A stretch of DNA of 64,000 bases from Phallusia mammillata (Eukaryota): positions 2,108,001-2,172,000 of the forward strand of contig OZ281494.1 of the NCBI GenBank assembly GCA_965637545.1. Direction: 5' to 3'. Made by a program: the position numbers and the translations under genes. A model generated the notes under the pieces. That model ran no database searches. It saw only the letters and a list, made by a program, of their open reading frames with translations, and was not told where the DNA came from. Every line of letters begins with the position of its first letter. Position 1 is the first letter of the stretch. Positions 1 to 12,243 of this stretch are shown here, in pieces.

Positions 1-321
1 TAAAACTTGTCACCTTTTGTTCTTACTGGCCTTTATCTTTTATACTCCAGGGCGGTGATTCTTGAACTGTGTGCCAATAGATTTATGAAATATCAACAAT
101 GATAACATTTGTTTTAACTATTTTGTGTTTTTAACCTTCTAAATGTGCTGCAGAAAATTATTTTACTGTGCACAAGTATTTCTGTTGTTATCAGTTTGTG
201 CAAGCTTTAAAAGTTAAAGAAACACTGCTCTAAGCAATGGGGCAAATATACAATAAACATTGTATATATATGTAATAGTTCCACAGTGTTTGAAGTTGAT
301 CATTGTGTTTTCACTTTTCAG

Positions 322-3300
322 GGAGATGGGAAACCAACATATTCCATGCCAGGAATTCTCCACTTCATTCAGCATGAATGGTCGCGATTTGAGATGGAAA
401 GAGCTCAATGGGACGTAGAGCGAGCTGAACTGCAGGTGGGTATTTATTTATGTATTTGTATGTTTGTTTCTGACAAGATTAATCCTCTATGTATTGTTTA
501 GAAGTGATAAGCTCAAATTGCTTAGATTGGAATAGCAGGTTTGGGACAGGGGTGCCAAACTGCCAAGTCCATTCAGATTTTTAAAAACTGGCATATGTCC
601 AAACACTAATAGACGCATACATATATATAGTTTCATATCATTTCAAATTTGGTCCCATTTAAAGAGCTGCAGATTTTCTTATTTCTAAGGAGACTATTTG
701 TTTGCAATGCAACTTATACAAATAAGCTGTTGCTGCCAGGAATAATCTATAAACAACACTTCCATCAGTTTTCGATTTTTGACATCCCATAAATCAAGAG
801 TATATTACTTTTTTATGTACAATTTCACAAACAAATGGCTCTTCTAGCTTTAAAGATTGACGTCTTCTGGGTTAGGGGATAGTTGTTACACATACAGTTA
901 ACATAATGGGGTCAAATTACAACAGTTAGCTTTGTTTGTTTGGGAGGCATTCATTTCTCAGCAGTTTATGTGGTAGAGCAAGAACTAAACCTGCCAGCTG
1001 TGATTATTAATCATGTCACATACAAATTTGTAACATTGAAAAGATATATATATATATAAAGTGAAACTACAGTTGACCTTGATTCATACTCATCTACTCT
1101 ATTGGTTTTATTTTAATATTTAAATGCACCTAAGGTTATTTGAAAGTTCATGACCTGAGTAATATCAATTGAGTGTCAATACAAATACATCACCAACATA
1201 TATATATGCAGTTACATAAATCTAATGCATTATATATATATATATACATTTAAAGACACATATACAAATTAATGTAAGGATTATTTTCATACAAACTGAA
1301 AAATTTGTAAGCTTTGGTACTAACATTCAAGTATATATAATACATTGTTTCAATGTTTCTGAACAGTTTTTAAAAAGTTTATTTTGATTTTGACTAAAGT
1401 GTTTTGAACATGTTACACCATTAGGTTGTAGATTCCAAGCTTTTTTTGTGTTATTTTCAAAGCAGCCACTGTGACTTGCTTGCTACAACCTTAAAACAAG
1501 CCATAAGACTAAAATGCTTAATTCTAATTTAGATAAATGAGTAGGTCATGCATGACTAATCCGTCAATATTTATCCTATGTCTGTTAAATTAAGATGTGC
1601 ACATGTATAACCCAGTTTAAAGCATATTAGCATTTGTGTTTTGAATATGGTTTTTGTTTTTCACCACAATGTCCCTCTATTTTCCTCCTTTACCGCTGGT
1701 TTGCAGTGAGTGGTTTTTGGCCACATGTTGCGTGACACATAATTTATTAATGGACTTGTGTCCCAGGCAATAACAGGGAGACATAAATTGCTTAGAAGTA
1801 ATAGAGTCTGTTGGCCAGTTCCATTCCCTAATGTTTACAATATAATCACCTTTTCCCAAACTTTCAATTTGTTTTAGCAATGCCTTTATTAAAATTTCAT
1901 GATCTGTAAAAATAAGTTTTGGAAATATTGCTACAAAACATTATAAAGTTTTTAAAATGAACTCTAAAATATATTAACTTTAAATGTGTTTTTTTTGTAA
2001 TTTATATAAAGCTTTAAATACAATTTTGAAAACAAATGTCATTTATTAAACTCAAGTTGATTAAACTGTTTAAATCCTTGAAAAAGATTTTGGATAAAAA
2101 CAAAAAAAATTTCATGTACATTCGAAATCAAGGATTTTTTGTTTTTTGCTTCATGATGTAAATTTAACTTTTCATCGTCAATGTCACCTTAATCAATTGT
2201 TTGTATACTTGCTCCACAGGCTAGAATTGCTTTCCTGCAAGGAGAGAGAAAGGGACAAGAAAATTTGAAACGAGATCTAATCAGAAGAATAAAGATGTTA
2301 GAATTTGCACTGAAACAAGAACGGTAAATTAAAAATGGATAAATTAATCAAAACATTGCTTCTCAATTGATATATGTTTGTCATTTCAGAGCCAAAGTCC
2401 ACAAGTTGAGATTTGGAAATGAAATGAGCATGGACCAAATAATTAACGACGCTAATGGTAAGTTTCAAATATTACCGAATATTTTTTCACTCTAATAAAC
2501 AGGGTTGCCATCGGCATGAAGCCAAAAATAAGGACAACCGAAAAAATAAAAATTTTCATACGAAACGAAACAAACATTTTCGAATACATCTTTGCATTTA
2601 TATGAGCCTTGATATATCATATGTCATATTTTTTTGCCAGAAACAATCTGTTTCAGAAACCCCTTGGTGGTAGAAAATGCTTGTGCACTTCACAACATGC
2701 CAGGTCTAGGTTTACTTATACTTGTAGCAGGGATTTGTAATTGTTGAAAATAAGGATGCAAGTCAAAAAGAAGGACATTTCGTAGAAAGAAGGACAATAC
2801 ATTTTTCTAAGACATTGCCCTTTAAAATAAGGACAAATCTTAGAAATTAGGACAGTATGGCAACCCTGTTTATAAAACTCTTCTGGCAAATGTATTTTTT
2901 TACCCTGATGAACCTGACGTCAAAATAGGACGTCAAAATGCCAGATCATTACTGGCCAATATTATTGTAAAGGCAGTCACAATATTTAACATTTTCACCA
3001 CCTTTCTATTTCTCAAATTATATTCGATTAAATAACTCATTTCTAAGTGTTTGTCATGGCTGTATAATGTTTGTGTAGAAATGCAATGTTTTCTTCTTCT
3101 TGATATAATTTATACAGTGCACAATGCTTTGGTTCTCTACCAAACATTCAAAATTTTTCAGATGACTCCAAAACCACTGAAATTCCAACTGCAAATGCCA
3201 ACATGTCATGGAGACATGGAAGACAATTGCTTCGTCAGTAAGTAGATGTACATTAATATATTCCGAAAACAGTGAATAACGTGACTAGGATAATCCAATT

Positions 3301-6300
3301 TTGTGTTTACTTTTCACACAGACAGACTTGTTTCAAATTGCAGACTTACAAAATTTGACTCAAGCTTAAATGAATCCTTTAGATCAGTGTAAATTTTACT
3401 TGGTTGACTTGCTGCTTAGGTTTTACACTTCATTTAAGAATGACATAAGGATTGTGGTAATGTCAATATATATGTGCAGTGTTTTTTTAAGGTGTTTTGG
3501 GGGACCGAAACGGTTTATGGCTATTTTTTGCAAATATGGCTATTTTTGGTATTTAAATGAAACACTTGCGGTCTCTTAAAACTACTTAGCGGTCACCCAA
3601 ACCAAACCTTAAAAAAACCTGTATATGTGTGTATGTAATCTATAACATGTGAGTAAAAACACTTATTGGCTGGAAAGCATGAATGATTTTGTGCTATTGA
3701 TTGACAGAATCACGTTTTTTCACATGTTTCAGTATTTACCTTTGTGCCCACCCCAAGCCACTCAAGTCAGTTTAATTCCCCAACATAAAACATATAAATA
3801 ATTGAAACAGTGTCATTCAATATCTGTTGTTACATTACAAGATCCATACAGTCCTAGCGACACTGTGTTAGAACTATTTGAAAATCTGTCCTACTTTAGC
3901 CATTGTCATAACATGCGACACCCTTTCCTGTTTCTGCTTTTGCACAACTTTCCTACCTAATTGGGGTAAATGGAGTTATGCAAAAGAAGCTATCCTTGGG
4001 TCGGTCACTAAAATTTCAAACCTTTTACTATAAGCATTTGTGCATCTAGTTTCTCATCTGATATCAGTGCTAAGTACATAACACACTGCTGGTGAATGCA
4101 ATGCAAACAGAAAAGAGATAACACTGTTGTGTCAATTTGCACACCAGATAAATTCAATATCATGTCTTTGTCACATTAAAATTTTCTTGTACATTTAAGT
4201 CAACTTGTAACTTGTCTGCAAATAGCAGAACATGTGTTTAAAGTTTTGGGCATGTATACATTTCACAGTTTGGTTCTTCTTTCTCAATTTAATCATGCAA
4301 CCAGAAATTGTAAATGGCAAAGCAATAAACAGTCTTTTGAAACACAACCTACTTTTCATTCAATCAATATTTTAAGCTTTAACGTCTACAAGATGCCTTG
4401 GCATTGTGATTGTGAACAAATTTTATTTTATGTTTTTTCAGATATTTGCAGGAGGTTGGATATAGTGACACAATACTCGATGTGAGGTCACAAAGAGTGA
4501 AGGCTCTGCTTGGAAACAATTATGACATGAACAAACCAGTGGAAAACGACAACAAAATGGTGAATGGTGACATGTCAGATGAAGAGAAAGCAAAAAACAA
4601 GTGAGTTTCAACTGAATGATATAGGTGCACACCAATCTGAATTATCACATATCCAATTTGACAACCTTTTTTGTATGCAAATAGCCAAATTATACATTCA
4701 ATTGACTGGATTTGTATGTGTTCTCAAGATATGTGTTCGTACAGTCACAAGATTCAATGTAAAAAATAAACCATAATCACCCTTCCACTACTGCAGGGAT
4801 TGCTAATGCAACCATGGTGTCAGGTGTGGGCTGAGATTAGTTTCGCCATAAAAATGCTGTTAGTATTTGTTGATGCTGGTTTTGCTCTCTGGTTTCCCGT
4901 AATGACCGAATGCATCAGTGTGGCAGCTTTCTAATAAATCTCTGTAACACTGGAATAGTAACACTTGACTTTTCTAGCACAATGGGTTTGTTTCAAGTAG
5001 GTTTTAGATGTAAATGACACAGCTGAGCAAAATCTAAAATTAGTTAATATTTTGTATGTTAGAAAAATAAAAATTTTTTTTTATAGTGGCCCGAAAATCA
5101 GGGTTGCCAACTTAAAAATTAGAATTATCAGTGTTGCCAAATCTTTGTCACAAAGATCGTTGCTGTAAAGTGGCCTGGATTTTTGACTGGCCTGTAGGCA
5201 CGGTCCTACTTTGCCTAATGGTTAATCCAGCACTGATGGGGCGGAAAGTTAAACATTAGGTTTCAATTTACATTCACATATATCTGTCAAAAAACATCCT
5301 CCTCAAGCATTGGTCAATCAAAATGCTTGGTGGAAAATGCTTTTGGGAACCCCTGCTGTAAACTTGTGTCTCTTATTCAGATCTGGAAGTTTCAATATCC
5401 CGATTGTCAACGACCAAGCAGACAGTGAAGTATTACATGACTTTGATTTCCTCAACACCGCTGATAATGATGATGATGACGTCCAGATGCAAGACGAAGA
5501 TGTCATTACATCCGGGGATCACCAGAGAAAAGCGAGAGCTAACAAGGTAAAGTATCTGCGTCATTGACTATTTTTTTTTTCATTGTTTCAGATCATATTT
5601 TTTTTTTTTTTTTTTATGGTTTTCTTCCAAATTTAGTCTTGGTTTGTTTTAAAATGTTTTCTTTACGTTTCTGTGTAAACCCTTTCATATATATTTAGTC
5701 TGCTAAGAACAAAAAATATTCCAATCTGTCAGCAATATATAAGGCGGATTAATCTCCATCTTAGCGCCATGAAACATAAACCCAATCCAGAAAAAGTTTA
5801 TAAACTGTCGCTTTAATCATTGTACAGGCTTGGCAATGTGGAATATTGTTTCTGTAAATAAGTTTATCTTTTATCATAATAGGCTAATCCAGTGGTTCTC
5901 AACCAGCGCCCAGGGCCACCAAGGGGGGCCACGAACTGTGTTCCGGAGGGCCATGGGTGTAGATTCACCAGAAACACCCACTAAAAGCCATTTTCGTTTT
6001 AACTTTATTCCCTAATTTAATCGGCTATTTCACATACTATTTGTCTATATTTAGGTTTATCACGATTACGGATTCTTGTTTAATCTATGCGACCAGTTTA
6101 AAGCCGAAATTGGTACCGAATTCCAATACGAGATTGCCATTTACATTTTTTAAGGGGGCCACAGGTCCTACAGGGTTACTTGAAGGAGGCCACAAGGTCA
6201 AAAAGTGGCTTTTGGGAGGCCATGGTCCACGAAAAGTTGCTACTGGGCTAATCTATATTACTCACACTAACAGCTATTGTTTTAACTTTTTGTGAAACAT

Positions 6301-9300
6301 TGTTAGTGTATATTTGAAGGCCTGAGCATCACTAAATTGATGAACAGATTTCAGTGTATAGAGTTCTTATGTAAAACCTGTATTTACTTTGCAGGATGAG
6401 GTGGATGGGATGAGTGTTGAAACTGCTACAGCCATCGCAGAGTTTGATTTCTTGAACCCAGATGCTGAAGAACCAGGTCAGTTTGTTGGAAAAACGATAG
6501 ACACAAGTCAAAAAGTCAAAACTAACATGAACTATGTCCTTGATGCTAAGCCATACACTGAAGGTTTTTTATGTAGATGTCTGTTGATTTTGTTTGCTTA
6601 ACTTAATTTGTTTGACAAACAATTAAACTTGCAGTGGGTAAAACTTGCTTTTTGTGGCTGTTGAAAATTTCACTTCACAATACAAAGTGTTGACAACCTT
6701 CACTTTTACAGACGATACGAAAGCCACTGATTGGACGATTGACCCGAACAAACTGAATGCAATGAAACAACAATTTCTACTCGAGAAAAAGCAACAGAAA
6801 AAGAAAGGAATGAAAAGTGAGTTAACTGTTTTTCCCCAAATTTGGTGACTTTTTGACAAGAAAAACTGCATTAAACATGAATTACAAACTTTGAAAACAT
6901 ATGGTTGGTATACCATTGCACTAATGTACTGAACATGCAACTAGTGTATTGTCTGTTTCCATAAGCGTTTCATTTTGAGCTCCCATGAAGCAATAGCTTT
7001 TCTCTCAAACACCACCACAAGATATGTTATAAGTTATAACGTGTAGACTTTTTTTGACTTAACTTTCTTTATCCCATATTATCTCACAGGACCAGCAAAG
7101 AAGCATTTGCAAGATATGCTTCAGACATTTCAAGGAGCCGAGATGCAAAAAACAAATGATGACATTGATATCCATATACCCGAAGAAGGTTAGTTGGTTG
7201 TTAATATTAAAGCCGACATAAGTATATCTGATAAGTACCGAATAGCCATGGATTCAAATCCCATCACCCATCACAGAGGGATATGGCCCGGATTAGGTGA
7301 TGATCCAGATTAACCAAATACGATTTAACCGAAGTAACTTTCTGCCGTGTGGTGGAAAGATTGAACAGTATTTATATGTAATGAATTGCACATTCTATGC
7401 TGATTTGACTGATTAAACGAAAGCTTTGGTACATCACTAGTTGCACACAGGATTGATTCTAAAACGCAGCGTACACATGGTGCGATCAGATTTGTCGGTC
7501 ACTACCCTGTTACACAGGCTGATTCATGCAGTCTGTTCTAACATTATACTTACATTACAGGTACTTTATGTTTGTGAATGGATATTTATATGATGTTTTA
7601 CTTTATAGAGAACCTCCCATTCACCGTCGGAGGGGGTCAGACCGGCGACGAATCAATCGAGACTGCACTTGGACTTGGAGCTTTAGCCGGACTTACTGTG
7701 GCCAATGAAGCGGATCCACTTGCTTACGATGTATGAACTTAATTAAATGAGTTTCGTTTTCGTGTTAACATAGCTTGTTGTAATAGAACTTTTCCTCTTA
7801 AATGGGATAAAAGTGTTGATGCAATAAATGATGTAACAATTGTTTACTTGTGTTATGACATACATTTGATTGTTACGATATACTTATGATGTCAGAGCAT
7901 GTCCGGAGCAAAGAATGCTTGGTTTTTCAACACGAAAAATTCTTTAAATTGATGGTTGATTCTCCAACCTTTTCAAATTACTGTTGTTTTGTGTTTAATT
8001 CCATTTCAAGATGCTACTTAAGCTATTGCTCCCAGGCATAACATCAAGTATATAAACTTGATGCTACTTAAGCTTGAAATAATGTTTTTAAAACGAACCT
8101 TACACGACAGATGTCAGCTACTAAGGAGACTTTCCGAAAAACCTGGAGCCCGAAATTCACGCTCCGGAGCCACTTTGACGGGATCCGGGCGATCCGGTTC
8201 CTTCCCACCGAGTCAGCGGTTCTAACTGCGTCCGAAGACAACACGATGAAATTGTGGAATTTAAACAAACCTCTTCCGAATAAGAAGAGTCAAGCTTTGG
8301 ATGTTGAGCCGATCTACAGTTTCCGTGGACACGTGTAAGGAAATTGAAAACTTATGAATATGTTTGTTTAGTCAAGTCAAATTTTATTTGCATTTTCACT
8401 TTATCATCACAGTTCCATTGTTGAACGGTTAAGTAAACAGCAAGGACACCGAAAAAAACATGGGTTGTCGAGTCAAGTTTTACACCAAATACGTATTTAA
8501 ATTTATTGACGAATTCAACTTATGATAAAACCTGTAGTTTGTTGCTTATTACAGTATTTGTAATAACATCATGCGAAAAAACGGCACTGATATTTACATG
8601 TTCACATAATCTCAGTGACCATGCTTTGCAATTTGCATGTGACAATGCTTGCGCACGGCTTATCTCGGTATGACGCCTTTTGCAGTTCATCAGGCGTTTG
8701 TGATTTAACCAAAAACATATCGTAATACGCTGTTCAATGACGCCTTCAACGGGCCAGGCGTACTATGATTTATATATGAGTGTGCCGTGATCGCTGGTCT
8801 GAATAGACGCTTCAGGGCTGATACCAGTTGTGATTTAATGTTCATCTTAACTAAAAAGCATATATTTTTGTATTTTCGTACTATACACTATGTATACAAT
8901 TCAATTTGCAAGTTTTGCCCATTAGACCAAGTACGACCTGGTTGTCCTTAGTGTTTTCTGTAATTTAGACCGTAGACCGAAAATGTTTCGTCTTGTAATT
9001 GCAACGACGATTACTGCTGAAGATCTATTTCCGCGCCAGCTAAAGTTTTTTTTCAGTTTCATGTTTTAAAAACTTTCTTAAATCTTTGCAGAGGAGCAGT
9101 TTTGTGTCTGGATGTGAGCGCTGATGGGGTTTTCTGCTTCAGTGGAGGAATCGACTCATCTGTAAGATGTTGGGCTCTTCCTAATATCAACATTGATGCG
9201 TACGACACATACGGTAAGGAGAATTGCTCTTTTCATTATCCAATAACCAAACTTATTACCTCACTAAAATTCAGTTAAAAATTGATTGTATTAAAAGTCT

Positions 9301-11982
9301 ATTTTATCATTATAATTACGTCAGTATTTAACTATTTGGATATAACGTCATTATTTGACGTTCATGGAAGACATGTATTGTGAAGTTTTATTCATTACGT
9401 AAGAAGTGCGTAAAAAGTCCTTGTGTCTACAACCATCTTTTATGACGTCACGTTACGTTTAGACGTGACGTAATTTGCTACTTTTGTTGTTTGTTCTGTA
9501 AACTATCTCCCTAATTGTGTAAAGTTGACTGTTTCATATTGTTCAACAAAAATGTTTGGAATTTCATGGGCAGATTCTTCACTGGCCGGAGAGATATTGG
9601 TCGGACACACAGACGCTGTTTGGTCGCTCTCGTATTCCAACACTCGTCAACAGCTCCTATCTGCTTCAGCTGATAATTCCATCAAATTATGGAGGCCGAC
9701 TTCAAATGATCCGCTTGTACAGACTTACACTGTTGACGGTGAGTTGAGTTTACATGCGACGGCAACTGTTTTGTTCTTGGGTTGTGTGACTAAATATTAC
9801 ACTGTGGTTGGTAAGTGGAGTTTAGCAAAACTAAGAAATTGTTTACACTCGGTTTTAAGTCATTCCACAACCTTATAAAGTGTATATATTGTAATTAAGT
9901 TGTCATGCACCATCCGTATCTAACAACAACGGGCATTACATGCATGGTAAAAAGCAAGATCGATATCAGAGTTAGGCTGGTGAAATTAATACACAACAAA
10001 AGGTTGATGTGACCTTCAGTTGCTTAGTACGTGTGACGTAAAGGTGTGTTTTATAATCATTGACATGACGTTGGCCAGGTTTTTAGTATGAACACGCAGG
10101 TTTACCACAAATACAAATGTTGTCTCTATTTTGCAAATTGGAGAAAGCGAAAGTTTTTGTCGATTTTTATAGAATTTTCCTGTCATGGTTACAAAAGAGG
10201 TCAACACGCAAATTACCCTTGGGAGCAAATTCATGTGATATCATCCTTGTTCCTACCATTGTTGATTGAACCTTCGTATTAACCGATGTATTTGAAATAC
10301 TCACAAATGTACTGCAGGAATACAACTAATGTAATCTCTATTCAACTCTATTCAAACTCAGATTGATGAAGAAAATGCTATTAAAACAGAAAACAACTTA
10401 GTTAACATTGACTGACCAAACTGTGAAATTGCATTGTTAACCTTGCACAATTATCCTACCACACATCTCATGTACGAAATTGCCTCAAGCTGAATAATTG
10501 ATGTTTTTCTGCAGGACCTTCAACGCCCACTTGTGTTGAGTTTGTACAATGTGATTCCAACCACGCGGTGGTGTCGCATACCGACGGAAAAGTTGTCTTG
10601 TATGATCTCGAAACAGGGAAAACACCTGTTATTCTCTCTGAAAACGACACAGGTAAAATCGATTTAGAATCTGCTATGTCGTTTAACTATGAATATTTGT
10701 GCTTTTGTACTACAATATTGACATGAATTGATTGCATTGATTCTGTTTAGAATACTTCCTAATTTACCGATTTTTTTGCATTATTTCTCTCTGATTATCG
10801 ATATGCATTCTAATTCTTTTGTTTTTGGTGCGATACGTTACTGTTTAATTTTGAAATAATGACAAATATGCTTTGGTTACTAAATTTGGCTCGCTAGAAT
10901 ATAAACTAAATTACAACTTTGCAGAATTTATTTTGTTTGGAGATTTGACAGCAAATTAACCTAAATACATCACGTGACAAATATTTTAATCTCAGGTCGA
11001 GTAAATGCAGTCGCAACTCACCCAACCATGCCTATCACCATGACAGCACACGACGATCGTCACATCAAGTTCTTTGACAATTCCTCAGGTAAAAAAAACT
11101 GCTGGTCGGGTTACCTCGTCTGATGTTGATCACAACGGTCGTAGGTTCACTTAAAGAGCTTGTGTGTATGTATGTACAGACACATAAAAATCTATGCTAC
11201 ACATAAACTGATGTGTGGCCACAGTGTGCACATCTAATGATGCTCACAATGGTCCTCAGTGCACTAAGTGAGCTTGTGTGCCTGCCCAGACACATGAAAA
11301 TGCATGCTGCGCATAAACTAGTGTGTGGCCACAGCGTGCATTCAAAGTTGCTCACATTAGTCTTTATACAAATTCGCATGTTAATTGTTTTCAACTAATG
11401 TTAGCTATTTCTTGTAGTCATATTACGGTGTTTCGGGTTCATATGTTGAACTGTTTCATTCCAGGAAAGTTGATCCATTCTATGGTTGCCCATCTTGATT
11501 CGGTGACGAGTCTCTCCGTTGATCCAAACGGTCTCTACCTTCTTTCAGGAAGTAAGTACACGAAAACGGAAATTAACTCTTTAAAACGTCAACATCTTTA
11601 CTAGACTCGCTCTTGACACACGTTTAGTTTACGAAAAGCCTGAAGTTACTCGGTTTAATTGATGTTTTTGAGTTGTAAATATATGTGGCCCTTTTACAGA
11701 AAAAAAATAACAAAATTTGCACTGCATATCGCGTGTAGTGTACAAATGAGGTATAACTTGAAGTAATTTTAATTCGTAAATCTACCACCAACCGTCCAAT
11801 CTCCCCCTGCAGGTCACGATTCCTCAATTCGACTGTGGAATCTCGACAGCAAAACCTGCATACAAGAGTTGACGTCACATCGCAAGAAGTTCGACGAATC
11901 AATTTATTCTGTTGCTTTTCATCCGAGCGCAACTTACATCGCAAGTGCAGGGGCCGACGCCCTCGCTAAGGTCTTCGTATGA
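322..11982 (+). CDS. STRN: Striatin (STRIPAK scaffold, PP2A B''' subunit), 5'-partial; 17 coding exons in window
   Basis: Exons with AG/GT ends and consistent phases: 322-435, 2220-2323, 2390-2457, 3162-3237, 4442-4600, 5381-5546, 6395-6476, 6712-6816, 7090-7188, 7609-7730, 8111-8334, 9092-9213, 9574-9738, 10515-10652, 10996-11088, 11465-11551, 11813-11982 (2094 nt, 697 aa + TGA). Hallmarks: YSMPGILHFIQHEWSRFEMERAQWDVERAELQARIAFLQGERKGQENLKRDLIRRIKMLEFALKQER (N-terminal coiled coil), WRHGRQLLRQYLQEVGYSDTILDVRS (CaM-binding region), WD40 repeats ending SAGADALAKVFV*. Start exon lies upstream of the window. Confidence 0.97.
2500..2868. mobile_element. Non-autonomous hAT-like MITE in striatin intron
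   Basis: Terminal inverted repeats CAGGGTTGCCA...TGGCAACCCTG, internal repeated AAATAAGGAC motifs, imperfect 8-bp flanks (CTAATAAA / TTTATAAA). Confidence 0.65.
5100..5232 (-). mobile_element. Fragment of the MITE family seen at 50819-51003 (inverted)
   Basis: Reverse complement matches 50819-50945 (CAGTGCTGGATTAACCATTAGGCAAAGTAGG...GTGCCTACAGGCCAGTCAAAAATCCAGGCCAC...). Confidence 0.7.
5890..6245. mobile_element. hAT (Charlie-type) MITE
   Basis: Left end CAGTGGTTCTCAACC, degenerate right end ...AAAAGTTGCTACTG, perfect 8-bp target-site duplication GGCTAATC (5882-5889, 6246-6253). Confidence 0.8.
11150..11370. repeat. ~105-bp tandem repeat (minisatellite family), about 2 units
   Basis: Unit ...CATAAACT(G/A)(A/G)TGTGTGGCCACAG(T/C)GTGCA... 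repeated; same family at about 21585-21880, 27240-27540 and one unit at 58225-58320. Confidence 0.75.
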
Positions 11983-12243
11983 ACGCGTCACAATACGACG
12001 CGTGTGACGTCATAGTCCACTTGTAATAGGCTATTTGTGACGTCACGATACCGTAAAGTGACGTAGAAACCCTGCGGCACGTCTGACGTCATAGGATATC
12101 GCTATTATGACGTCATAGGTCAGCCTTGTGACGACATCGTGCAGTTGCTTACTCCATTTTAGTGGTCTTGTTGATTCCAGTTACGTCACTGCCCAATCAA
12201 GTGCTTTTGGTCCGTCGTTTATGAGACCAGCTCTGTGACGTCA
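11870..12243. promoter_or_regulatory. Cluster of TGACGTCA (CRE/ATF-type) palindromes at the striatin 3' end
   Basis: Perfect TGACGTCA at 11870, 12005, 12038, 12084, 12108, 12236 plus near matches; function not demonstrated. Confidence 0.4.

Noticed and set aside
1020-1250. (TA)n runs and the poly-T tract near 5598-5616
   Set aside because: Ordinary intronic low-complexity sequence.
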